Positions 32,872-45,053 of a DNA stretch of 64,000 bases are shown one piece after another. The notes under the pieces are model-generated. The model was not told the origin of the DNA. It was given only the letters and a program-made list of their open reading frames with translations, and did not search any database. This DNA comes from Mustelus asterias (taxonomy: Eukaryota): NCBI RefSeq assembly GCF_964213995.1, contig NC_135810.1:118854001-118918000 (forward strand), written 5' to 3'. The position numbers and the translations under genes were made by a program. Each line of letters starts with the position of its first letter. Position 1 is the stretch's first letter.

Positions 32872-33771
32872 TGTAAGGGAAATTGTACTGGATATTGTAT
32901 GAGTTTAGTATGAAATTCAGATTCACTTGTAAGGGAAATTGTACTGGATATTGTATGAGTTTAGTATGAAATTCAGATTCACTTGTAAGGGAAATTGTAC
33001 TGGATATTGTATGAGTTTAGTATGGAATTCAGATTCACAGGTTTTAGTAAAATGATAAAGTAGATTTAGGTCTTAGTGAAATGATAAAGTAGATTTAGGT
33101 GAATAGTGAGATGGATATGTAACCTAAAGTAACTTCGTATGACCTAATATAATCAAGTGTAGTCGATATGATTAAAGTGGAGGAACTAGAAGAACTAAAG
33201 AAGTAATATAGCAGTCACTGATTAGCAAAAGCAGACAATAGTCACTTAAGAAAACAAGAAAGACTGCTCGGTGGTTCAACTTAATAGCAGAGAGAATGTT
33301 TTCTTCTAAAAACACATTAGTAGACTATAAATCAGCAGGGGGGATGTCTTTTCTTCTAAACACATTCGCCTTAGCTTACAAAACCACGATTATTGTACAA
33401 ACAGAAAAGTTCAGATAACAGCAAGAGTTATAACCACCATGGTTTAAGAAACGAAGAGATATAACAGTGAACGACCGATTGCAAAGAAAACAGATAAAGT
33501 GTCAACTAAAAATAATGATGGCCAAAGAAAGAGCGGGCTGTAGGGTAAGATTACAACCAAGGACAGGCAGTAAAAGGGAGATAAGGATCTTGAGATAGGA
33601 GGCTGAAATGTACATAAAAGATTGTAAGCCCAAGAGCTCTTTGGAGTTTTCCGGACGCTCCCGGCTTTATCTCTTATGCTGAGAAATAAAGTCTTTTGCT
33701 TGAAAGATCGCTGCTCAGACTCTCTGTTTTAAACTGATGTGAACGAATTGTCGTCCTGGGGAACCACGACA
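32872..33771 (+). repeat. 3' LTR (900 bp)
   Basis: Same sequence as the 5' LTR with no mismatch seen by eye. Poly(A) signal AATAAA 33685-33690. Confidence 0.97.
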
Positions 33772-34548
33772 GAAGCTGCCGGGATTAGAGAGTATGAGCT
33801 ATAAGGAGAGGCTGGACAAACTAGGGTTTTTTCTCTGGAGCGGCGGAGGCTGAGGGGAGACCTGATAGAAGTCTATAAAATTATGAGAGGCATGGACAGG
33901 GTTGACAGTCAGAATCTTTCCCACAGTTGAAATACTAGGGGGCACGCACTTAAGGTGAGAAGGGGAAAGTTCAAAGGAGAAGTGAGGGGCAAATTTTTTT
34001 ACAGAGAGAGTAGTAGGTGTCTGCCAGGGGTGGTGGTGGAGGCAGATACGATAGTGGTGTTTAAGGGGCTTTTAGATTAGCACATGAATATGCAAGGAAT
34101 AGAGGGATATGGACCAAGGGCAGACAGAGGGGATTAGTTTAATTTGGCATCATGGTCGGCACAACATTATGGGCCGAAGGGCCTGTTCCTGTGCTGTACT
34201 GTTCTATATTCAGTGACCTTTGAAATCTTTGACCCAGCTCCCTGTTCAGAATGGAACTCTGCCACACCTTCATGCAGTCTGCAGTGCCCCATCGCGAAAG
34301 GTCCGGGCACAATTTCAGTTCACTAGATTGCTCACACGTTTCTCTTTCACTGAGTAACTCTTGCTGTTGTGGGCTTTCAGAATTAATCAAGTTATTCCAT
34401 GATCAAAAGAAATGATTTGACAGGTCATGACCTTTCAGTGACCTCCCCAGATTATTAACAGTGTCAGTGAGAGCACATGTGTGGGCACAGTTGAGTGTTA
34501 GTTATGCTACTGAACTAGTTAATCCTAATGCCTGGGTATAATAACCTC

Positions 34549-34897
34549 AGTAAGAAGTCTCACAACACCAGGTTAAAGTCCAACAGGTTTATTTGGTAGC
34601 AAATACCATAAGCTTTCGGAGCACAGCTCCTTCGTCAGATGGGGTGGATATCTGTTCTCCAACAGTGCACAGACACAGAAATCAAGTTACAGAATACTAA
34701 TTAGAATGCAAATCTCTACAGCCAGCCAGGTCTTAAAGGTACAGATAATGTGGGTGGAGGGAGCCACCCCATCTGATGAAGGAGCTGTGCTCCGAAAGCT
34801 TATGGTATTTGCTACCAAATAAACCTGTTGGACTTTAACCTGGTGTTGTGAGACTTCTTACTGTGCTTACCCCAGTCCAACGCCGGCATCTCCACAT
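34549..34897. mobile_element. Penelope-derived inverted element with hammerhead motifs
   Basis: 12-bp TSD TATAATAACCTC (34537-34548, 34898-34909). HHR motifs at 34606-34642(-) and 34769-34805(+). Confidence 0.85.
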
Positions 34898-37800
34898 TAT
34901 AATAACCTCCAGAATCTGATTTCAAATTCCATCATGCTGGCATTAGACTACAAACTGTGAAAAATTAAAATCAAAATGCCGTTAAAACCTCTTTTGGTTC
35001 ACTAATGCCCTTCAGTGAATCATAGAATCATAGACTAGAAACCCTACAGCACAGAAAGACGCCATTCAGCCCATCGAGTCGACACCGACCACAATCCTAC
35101 CCAGGCCCTACCCCCATACCCCTACATATTTACCCACTAATCCCTCGAACCTACGCACCTCAGGACACTAAGGGCAATTTTAGCATGGCCAATCAACCTA
35201 ACCCGCACATCTTTGGACTGTGGGAGGCAACCGGAGCACCCGGAGGAAACCCACGCAGACACGAGGAGAATGTGCAAACTCCACACAGACAGTGACCCAA
35301 GCCGGGAATCGAACCCAGGTCCCTGGAGCTGTGAAGCAGCAGCGCTAACCACTGTGCTACCATGCCGCCCTAAGGATAACCTCACTCAGCCTGCTCAAAA
35401 ATGTGACTCCTGATCCACAGCAACGTGTCTGAAACTTTTGTTCTTCATTCATGGGACGCTTGTATCGCTTTGGAGAGTCAGGAGGTGAGTTACTCACCAC
35501 AGAATTCCCAACCTCTGACCTGCTCTGGCAGCCACAGTGTTTATATGGCTAGTCCAGTTCAGTTTCTGGTCAATTAACCCCAGGATATTGATAGTGGGCA
35601 ATTCAGCGAAGGTAGTGCCATTGAATGTCAAGGGACGATAGTTAGATTTTCTCTTGGAGATGGTCATTGCCTGGCACTTGTGTGGCACAAATGTTACTTG
35701 CCACTCATCAGCCCAAGCCTCCAACAACCACAACCATCTTCCTTTATGCCAGGTATGACTCGAACCAGTGGAGAGCTTTCCTTCTGATTACGAATTCTGC
35801 AAGGGGCCCTTGACGCTATACCCATTCAAGGCTGAGCTCTGGAGCTGAGTGGACCTGACAAAATCCAAACTGAGCACCAGTGAGTGGGTTATTGCTTACA
35901 TTGTGCTGTCAATGACACACTCCATTGCTTTGCTGATAATCGAGTAAGTAGTCTCACAACACCTGGTTAAAGCCCAAAAGGCTTATTAGGCATCACGGGC
36001 TTCTCCTTCATCAGGTGAGTGAGGAGTTGTGTTCACAAACAGGGCATATACAGACACAAACTCAATTTACAAGATAATGGTTGGAATGCGAGTCTGAACA
36101 GGTAATCAAGTCTTTACAGGTACAGACAATGTGAGTGGAGAGAGGGTTAAGCACAGGTTAAAGAAGTGAGAATCGTCTCCAGCCAGGACAGTTAGTGAGA
36201 TTTTGCAAGCCCAGGCAAGTCGTGGGGGTTACAGATAGTGTGACATGAACCCATGAACTGTTGACATGAACTGTGACATGAACCAAGAACTGCTTGCTGT
36301 TTCTGCTGTTTAGCATGCATGCGAACCCTTTAACTTTAGCAAATTGACACCTCATTTTTAGGTATGCTTCGTCATGTTCCTGACATGCTCTCTTGCACTC
36401 TTCATTGAACCAGTGTTCATCCCTGGCTTGGTGAAAATGGCAGAGTGCGGGATATAGCGGGACATGAGTTTACAGATTGTTAGTACAGTTCTGCTGCTGC
36501 TGATGGTCCACTGCACCTCACTGATGCCCAGTCTTGAGCTGTTAGATCTGACCTGAATCAATCCCAATTATTATAGTGGTCAAGTCACTCAACACGATTA
36601 AGCATGGCTTCAGTTTGAAGACAGAATTTCATCTCCACAAGGACTGTACTGTGGTTGTTCCCACCAACATTGCTGTGGAGATGCATCTATGACAGGTAGA
36701 TTGGTGAGGATGAGGTCAGGTAGGGGATTTTCACAGTAGCTTTTCACAATAAACTAACTAAACTCTTTGGTAGCACAGTGGCACAGTAGTTAGCACTGCT
36801 GCCTCACAGCGCCAGGTACCCGGATTCGATTCTTGTCTTGGGTCACTCTCTGTGCGGAGTCTGCACGTTTTCCCTGTGTCTGTGTGGATTTCCTCCGGGT
36901 GCTCCGGTTTCCTCCCACACTCCAAAAGACGTGCTGATTACGAGCATTGGCCATACTAAATTCTCCCTCAGTGTACCCGAACAGAGTGTGGCAACTAGGG
37001 GATTTTCACAGTTACTTCATTGCAGTGTTAATGTAAGCCTACTTTTGACACTAATAAATAAACTAACTAAACGAAACTCAATTCTTTGGTAGCACAGTGG
37101 CACAGTGGTTTGCACTGCTGTCTCACAGTGCCAGGGACCCGGATTCGATTCTTGTCTTGGGTCACTGTCTGTGTGGAGTTTGCATGTTCTCCCCGTATCT
37201 GCGTGGGTTTTCTTTCATAATCCAAAGATGTGCTGGTTAGGTGGAGTAGCCATGGTAAGTGCGCGGGATTACGGGGATGGGGGCGGAGGGGAGGGCCTGG
37301 GCAAGATGCTCTGTTCCACATTCTCTGTAGCATTCTCTCTTCCACCTTCTTCCATCGGGAAAAAGTTTCAAAAGTCTGAGGTCACGTACCAACCGACTCA
37401 AGAAAAGCTTCTTCCCTGCTTTTGAATGGACTTACCTCGCACTAAGTTGATCTTTCTCTACACCCTAGCTATGACTGTAGCACTACATCCTGCACTCGCT
37501 CCTTTCCTTCTCTATGAACGGTATGCTTTGTCTGTATAGTGCACAAGAAACAATACTTTTCACTGTATGTTAATACATGTGACAATAATAAATCAAATCA
37601 AATCAAATCTTTCAGGGAGTCAGTGCGGGCTCGATGGGCCGAATGGCCTCCTTCTGCACTGCTGGGATTCTATGAGACCTTGGCCCCTCACTGCCGGCCG
37701 CAGGCTCAGTCTCGCAGGGGATTGCCGGCCTTTAGTCCCATTACTATTCCCAATTTTCTCTCCGAATTCAATTTCTCCGCTTTGATTTTAGTCACCCTTC

Positions 37801-40800
37801 GCTGGTTTCTCAACACAACGAGCTCATCGCAATGTGGATCTGAATGCTATGTTTTCTTCACTTGCCCCTGTCCCTCTCTCCTTCTCCCCCCACCGCCCGC
37901 ACATCGCTTCAATGAGCCTCTGAAACCTCCTTAATTGCATCGTGCCACCAAAGAATAACAGTCAAGTTTCACCATCCCAGCCCCCCCCCCCGTGCCAAAC
38001 CATAGTTCAAGAGGAGGACAAGGCTGATAAAATCAGTTTCAGATCTCAGCCGTCGAGACAAGTAATCTTATCAGATTTTCCCTTTCGCACAAGTCATTTT
38101 AAGATTCCTGTTTTTTTTGAAGTACGGTTAAAAGCTGAGTAACAACGGTAATGTGCAGAGGCTTTCGGCAGTCCGCGACTGACTGCTCTTTATTTTTTTG
38201 AGATTTGGCTGACGCTGGCAAGGCCACGTTCATCGACCGTTCTTTGTTTGCCCCTAACAGGGGTAGGGGTTGGCGGGTCTTCCTTCCCTTGGAGGTGATG
38301 GTACCCCCTTCACGACGACGGTGGAGGGGGGGGGTTTGAGTGGGCATCCAGCTTTGGGATAATCCAAGGTAGGTAGTCTGCCTTTTACCATTAAAAATCG
38401 GAGGAGCTGGAAAGCCGGTCAGCATTTGGAAAGGGAGGAAAATGTGGGTTAGTGCATGAGGTGGTGGGGGGAGGGGGCGGGAGAATCCGAGGAGGGAAGC
38501 TTTGCGACAGAAATGAAAAGCAGCAGAGGATGGGAGAACAGGCCAGTAACTGATTGGACTACACATTCTGAAGAAATTTGGAATTTTTTACCACCTGGAG
38601 CAGTTGGAGTGGGGTCCAGAGGGGCAATTTCTGCACACAGAGGGTGTAGAGTGTCTGGAACGAGCTGCCAGAGGTAGTAGTAGAGGTGGGTACAATTTTG
38701 TCTTTTGAAAAAACATTTAGACAGTTACATGGGTAAGATGGGTATAGAGGGATATGGGCCAAATGCGGACAATTGGTATTAGCTTAGTGGTAAAAACTGG
38801 GCGGCATGGATAAGTTGGGCTGAAAGGCCTGTTTCCATGCTGTAAACCTCTATGACTCTATCGGTCCTATCCTCATAACCACGCGTATTTTAGCCCACCA
38901 ATCCCTCTAAACTATATCTATTTTTGGACACTAAGGGGCAATTTACCATGACCAATCCACCTAACCCGCACATCTTTGGAGTGCGGGAGGAAACCGGAGC
39001 AAACCCATGCAGACACGGGGAGAACATGCAAACTCCACACAAGCAGCGACCCAAGGCTGGAATTGAACCCGGGTCCTCGGCAGTAGTGTTATCCACCGTG
39101 CCGCCCTAGTTATTAAATTATTGGACATAACAGTGGTTTTGTGGGTGGGGTGGGGGCGTTAGTTGGAGGATAGGCCCCCTTGCCCCCTCCCCTGCCCCAT
39201 AAACCTCTAAGGAGACAGTTAGCCAGTTTGTATCATTAAAGGCGCACTTAAATTCCATTTTAGGGGAGTCACCAGCATTTAGCCAATAGAAGCGGGGGGA
39301 GAGCTCCACGTCACCTAAGCTGGCCACCAGCTTCATGGATGAATGACTTCCCTGCGACAACTCAGGGGTCCATCAGTGCTGAAGACTCAATGGCTCACTA
39401 CTAGTTGGTTCATAAATAATGATGTGGAGATGCCGGCGTTGGACTGGGGTGGGCACAGTAAGAAGTCTCACAACACCAGGTTAAAGTCCCAACAGGTTTA
39501 TTTGGAATCACGAGCTTTCGGAGCACTGCTCCTTCATCATAAATACGTAAGAGAAATCTAACAATCTTCAATCAGCAAGCAATGTCTTTCAAAAATGTTG
39601 CCAATTGTCTCCTAAAAGGAAAAGTAACCAATGACATTCCTTTAAAATTTTGACTTAAAGCTCATTCCTTTGTCATTTTGGTGTTTTAGTCCAACATATG
39701 CAACTAAAAATTTAACTTATAAATACAGCGTGAGAGTGCCTCATTCACACTTGGTGAGGGGGGAATGGGGAGAGGGAGGGAGCGGAAAGGGGTAAAAAGG
39801 GGGTGGGTGACAGCCAGGAATAACTTCCAGGTTCCCAACCCAAAATTCAGCCCAGTGTTGGGGTCGGATACGGGAATTAAAATTCAACCTAATCTGAGGG
39901 TCAACGGTTAGAAAACAAACATTACACATTCAGGAGTGAGGCAGTTGATGGCACAGAGGAGCGTAGACGCTGAGTGTAATCTATTGTTAATGCACCACGA
40001 TACGGATTCAATCGGATTACATCACCCACCAAAGGGCAGCTAAAAGTGTGATTGATTCTTCTGAAATAGCCCAGCAAGCCATTCAATTCAGGGCAATTAG
40101 GAATGGACAACAAATGCAGGCCTAGCCAGCGGCACCCACATCCCATAAACAAATTTCTAAAAAGTGCTTTCCGGCCAATTAGGTGCTTTTTGAAGTGTTG
40201 TAATTCAAAAATGGTGGCAGCCAATTATCACACAGTAAATTCCCACAAACAGCCACATGATAATGGCCAGATAAGCTGTTTTTGATTGAGGTTTTTTAAT
40301 TATTCATTCATGGGACATGGGCGTCGCTGACTTGCCAGCATTTATTGCCCATCCCTAGTTGCCCGAGGGCAGTCGAGAGTCAACCACATTGCTGTGGCTC
40401 TGGAGTCACATGTAGGCCAGACTAGGTAAGGACGGCAGATTTCCTTCCCTAAAGGACATGAGTGAACCAGAGGGATTTTTCCAACAAGCGACAATGGTTT
40501 CATGGCCATCAGTACATACTTAATTCCAGTTTTTTTAAAAATTGAAATTCCACCATGGCAGGATTCGAACCCGGGTCCCCAGAACATTGGCTGAGATTCT
40601 GAATTAATAGTCTAGCAATAACACCATTAGGCCATCGCCTCCCCAACATTAATTGGGAGAACTCCTGAAATAATGACATGGGAGCTTTTACATCCACCCA
40701 AACTGGCAGATGGAGCCTTTGTTTAATATCTTACCCTAAAGACACAACCTCCAACAATTGCTACTAAACATGCTAAGCATTTCCTGTTTTTATCTTCAGT

Positions 40801-40974
40801 GAACTCCCTCGCTCTGTTAGAGAGTTAGTGCCATGGGTTCTTTTACGATCCACCCGATAGGGAAGACTGATCGACTGTCAGTATTGACCATTCTAATGGT
40901 AGCACCTCTAACAGTGCAGCAGTCCATCGGTATCAGATTCTGTGCTCAATGCTCTAAATAGGACTTGAACCCAC

Positions 40975-41657
40975 AACTGGTACACTACCAGCCACAGCCA
41001 TCTCTCCCGCTCTCTTGCCCCTGCAGGGAAGTGTAATCTGTGGCTGGTAGTGTACCAGTGATGGTGTCTCCCTTTACAGGCCCAGCTTGGTCCTTCTCCA
41101 GTGTCTCCTCTTGGACTTGTACTGATCTTGCAGCCGGTTTTCATGCGGATCCACTGTGGAATCAGCCGGTTCTGCTTCACCTTTTTAGCGAGGAACCGCT
41201 TCATCCTGCAGGTTTTGTGGGATGGCATGGCCGCGCGTCCACTCCGGCAGGAGGGATTCATTCCTCTGGTGGGGAGGAGGGATCGCCCGCAGAGTGGCGG
41301 CAGACCCCCCTGCCCCCTCCCTCCTCGCCGATCGGCCGCAGACTGGCAGAGGACACCTCCCCCGACCAGAGGATGATCTGGGTCCCACCCCCACACCCCT
41401 CGTCCAAACCTGGCACCACCCCCCACCCCCCCCCCCCCCCCCCCCCCACCCCCCCACCAACCAGAAGATGGCCTGGGTCAGAGAGCCGTTGCAGGCTCTG
41501 AGCCCGCTCTTCGGAAGCTGCAGCGACAACTTCAGACTTTTATTTACCAGGTCGTTAAAAGCGCGGATCCGGATCGGGCCAGAAGACGGTGAAGTGGGAT
41601 TTGGTGGTAGAGTTGGGCACGCCGTTCGTTAAGTTGATTTAAATGCATGCATTTAAG
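40975..41657. mobile_element. Second, left-truncated copy of the RPL39 foldback element
   Basis: Same central hairpin (cactaccagccacag...ctgtggctggtagtg) and same right flank (gggtcagagagccgttgcag...gatttaaatgca) as the 47-kb copy. Confidence 0.7.
41074..41228 (-). pseudogene. RPL39: RPL39 retrocopy, full CDS with a 1-nt deletion, inside a foldback repeat
   Basis: [35 protein letters not shown], then after the frameshift [15 protein letters not shown]. 155 nt versus the expected 156; no introns. Confidence 0.93.
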
Positions 41658-41670
41658 GCAGATATCCACT

Positions 41671-41707
41671 CCATCTGACGAAGGAGCAGCGCTCCGAAAG
41701 CTAATGG
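41671..41707 (+). ncRNA. Minimal type I hammerhead ribozyme motif (representative intact copy)
   Basis: CCAT-CTGACGA-a-GGAGC-agc-GCTCC-GAAA-GCT-A-ATGG: full catalytic core, stem I CCAT/ATGG, stem II 5 bp, palindromic AGCT in place of stem III. Confidence 0.75.
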
Positions 41708-41957
41708 CATTTGCTACCAAATAAGCCTGTTGGACTTTAACCTGGTGTTGTTAAAACTCTTACTGTGTTTACCCCAGTCCAACGCCAGCATCTCCACATC
41801 ATGACTTCTATGGCCAAGCCAGTTCTGTACCCATCTAGCTAGTTCAAACTTGATCCCCGATGTTTCAGCTGCCCATTCAGGTGTATATAAGTCACACCCA
41901 CTGCAGTAATCGAAGGTTAGAGAGTCCTCCTGAGGTCCCAGCCAACATTCTGCCCTC

Positions 41958-44918
41958 AGGCAACACCAATAGGGTTGTTGTAGTGGGAGACTTCAATTTC
42001 CCTGGTATAGACTGGAAATCGCTGAGAGCTGGGACTCTGAATGGGGAAGAATTTGTAAAATGTGTACAGGAGGGTTCTTTGGAACAATATGTAGATAGCC
42101 CGACTAGAGAGGGGGCTATACTGGACCTAGTACTGGGGAATGAGCCCGGTCAGGTCTTCAAAGTCTCGGTAGGGGAACATGTGGCAAATAGTGACCACAA
42201 TTCTGTTAGCTTTAGGATAGTGATGGAAAAGGATGAGTGGTGTCCCAAGGGTAAGGTGCTGGATTGGGGGAAGGCTAACTTTAGTGGAATTAGGCAGAAA
42301 TTGGCAGCTCTTGATTGGGAGAGGCTGTTTGAGGGTAAATCCACATCTGGCATGTGGGAGTCTTTTAAGGAACAGTTGTTAGGGCTGCAGGACAGGCATG
42401 TGCCTGTAAAAAAGAAGGATAAGAAGGGTAGGATTCGAGAACCGTGGATAACCAGGGAAATTGAGGGACTGGTCAAAAAGAAAAGAGAGGCGTATGTTAG
42501 GTCCAGGCAGCTAAAAACGGAGGGAGCTCTGGAGGAGTACAAAGAAAGTAGGAAAGAACTCAAACGGGGAATTAGAAGGGCAAAAAGGGGTCACAAAATG
42601 TCCTTGGCAGACAGGATTAAGGAGAATCCCAAGGCATTTTATTCATACGTTAGGAACAAAAGGGTTGTCAGGGAAAAAATCGGACCTCTCAGGGACAAAA
42701 GTGGGGAATTATGCTTGGAGCCCAAAGAAGTAGGGGAGATCCTAAATGAATACTTTGCGTCGGTATTCACAAAGGAGAGGGATATGTTGACTGGGAGTGT
42801 CTCGGAGGGGAGTGTTGAACCGTTGGAGAAAATCTCCATTACAAGGGAGGAAGTGTTAGGTTTGTTAGAGAATATAAAGACTGACAAATCCCCAGGGCCT
42901 GATGGAATCTATCCAAGGCTGCTCAGGGAGACGAGAGATGAAATCGCTGGGCCTCTGACGCAAATCTTTGTCTCGTCACTGGACGCAGGTGAAGTCCCAG
43001 AGGATTGGAGGATAGCTAATGTGGTCCCATTATTTAAGAAGGGAAGGAAGGATAACCCAGGTAATTATAGGCCAGTGAGCTTGACGTCCGTGGTGGGGAA
43101 GTTGTTGGAGAAGATTCTTAGAGATAGGATGTATGCGCATTTAGAAAGGAATAAACTCATTAACGATAGTCAGCATGGTTTTGTGAGAGGGAGGTCATGC
43201 CTCACTAGCCTGGTGGAGTTTTTTGAAGAAGTGACCAGAATGGTTGACGAGGGAAGGGCCGTGGATGTCGTCTATATGGACTTTAGTAAAGCGTTTGACA
43301 AAGTCCCTCATGGTAGGCTGGTAAAAAAGGTTGGATCTCATGGGATAAAGGGGGAGGTAGCTAGATGGGTGGAGAACTGGCTTGGTCACAGAACAGTAAG
43401 AAGTCTCACAACACCAGGTTAAAGTCCAACAGGTTTATTTGGTAGCAAATACCATAAGCTTTCGGAGCAATGCTAAACCTATCTAAACCGGGATGTTGGA
43501 TTTATGTCACATTATCAGTAACCCCCACAGCTTGCCTCCTGGACTTGCACAATTTCACAAGCTGTACTGTCTGGAGACAATACACATCTCTTTAACCTGT
43601 GTTGAATGCTCCCTCCACCCACATTGTCTGTACATTTAAGACCTGGCTGGCTGTAGAGATTTGCATTCTAATCAGTATTCTGTAATTTGATTTCTGTGTC
43701 TGTGCCCTGTTTGAGAACAGAGACCACTCCATCTGACAAAGGAGCATTGCTCCGAAAGCTTATGGTATTTGCTACCAAATAAACCTGTTGGACTTTAACC
43801 TGGTGTTGTGAGACTTCTTACTGTGCTTACCCCAGTCCAACGCCGGCATCTCCACATCTTGGTCACAGAAGACAGAGGGTGGTAGTGGAAGGGTCTTTTT
43901 CCGGCTGGAGGCCTGTGACTAGTGGTGTTCCGCAGGGCTCTGTATTGGGACCTCTGCTGTTTGTGATTTATATAAACGATCTGGAAGAAGGTGTAACTGG
44001 GGTGATCAGTAAGTTTGCGGACGACACAAAATTGGCAGGACTTGCAGATAGTGAGGAGCATTGTCAGAAGCTACAGAAGGATATAGATAGGCTGGAAATT
44101 TGGGCAAAGAAATGGCAGATGGAGTTCAATCCTGATCAATGCGAAATGATGCATTTTGGTAGAAATAATGTAGGGAGGAGCTATACGATAAATGGCAGAA
44201 CCATAAAGGGTGTAGATACGCAGAGGGACCTGGGTGTGCAAGTCCACAGATCCTTGAAGGTGACGTCACAGGTGGAGAAGGTGGTGAATAAGGCATATGG
44301 CATGCTTGCCTTTATAGGACGGGGCATAGAGTATAAAAGTTGGGGTCTGATGTTGCAGATGTATAGAACGTTGGTTCGGCCGCATTTGGAATACTGCGTC
44401 CAGTTCTGGACGCCACACTACCAGAAGGACGTGGAGGCTTTGGAGAGAGTACAGAGGAGGTTTACCAGGATGTTGCCTGGTATGGAGGGGCTTAGTTATG
44501 AGGAGAGATTGGGTAAACTGGGGTTGTTCTCCCTGGAAAGACGGAGGATGAGGGGAGACTTAATAGAGGTTTATAAAATTATGAAAGGCATAGATAGGGT
44601 GAACGATGGGAAGCTTTTTCCCAGGTCGGTGGTGACGTTCACGAGGGGTCATAGGTTCAAGGTGAAGGGGGGGAGGTTTAACACAGATATCAGAAGGACA
44701 TATTTTACACAGAGGGTGGTGGGGGCCTGGAATGCGCTGCCAGGCAAGGTAGTGGAGGCGGACACACTGGGAACATTTAAGACTTATCTAGATAGCCATA
44801 TGAACGGAGTGGGAATGGAGGGATACAAAAGAATGGTCTAGTTTGGACCAGGGAGCGGCGCGGGCTTGGAGGGCCGAAGGGCCTGTTCCTGTGCTGTATT
44901 GTTCTTTGTTCTTTGTTC
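41958..44918 (+). mobile_element. Long young CR1 LINE (ORF2 from within the endonuclease to the 3' tail), split by a Penelope insertion
   Basis: VVGDFNFP and SDH (APE endonuclease); NYRPVSLTSV, GVPQGSVLGP and FADD (RT). No stops apart from the insertion; (gttcttt)n tail. Confidence 0.95.
43394..43857. mobile_element. Penelope-derived inverted element
   Basis: 13-bp TSD CTTGGTCACAGAA (43381-43393, 43858-43870); LNRDVGFMSHYQ* EN tail; inverted termini. Confidence 0.9.
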
Positions 44919-44940
44919 AATAAACCGGAGTACTAGTTTT

Positions 44941-45053
44941 TAAGTTTAGCTAGTTTAGCTCTGACGAAGGGTCATCCAGACTTGAAACGTTGGCTCTATT
45001 CTCTCTCCTGATGCTGTCAGACCTGCTGAGATTTTCCACCATTTTCCATTTTT
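44941..45053 (+). mobile_element. 113-bp element with a minimal hammerhead ribozyme motif
   Basis: 11-bp TSD GTACTAGTTTT; agct-CTGACGA-a-GGGTC-atcca-GACTT-GAAA-CGT-T-ggct. Confidence 0.7.

Larger units (their letters stand above)
22766..33771 (+). mobile_element. Full-length endogenous retrovirus (class I, gamma/epsilon-like): LTR-leader-gag-pol-env-LTR
   Basis: TG...CA 900-bp direct repeats. 4-bp TSD GAAG at 22762-22765 and 33772-33775. PBS follows the 5' LTR and PPT precedes the 3' LTR. gag/pol/env ORFs have canonical motifs. Inserted into a CR1 fragment (aggtttaccaggaag|ctgccgggattag = RFTRKLPGL). Confidence 0.97.

Noticed and set aside
40998-41037. Recombinase-invertible switch between the short inverted repeats next to RPL39
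   Set aside because: The loop has the same orientation relative to the element's right flank in both copies; the apparent flip is better explained by RPL39 surviving in opposite arms.
41074-41228. Functional RPL39 gene
   Set aside because: Intronless, frameshifted, with substitutions at conserved residues, and embedded in a repeat.
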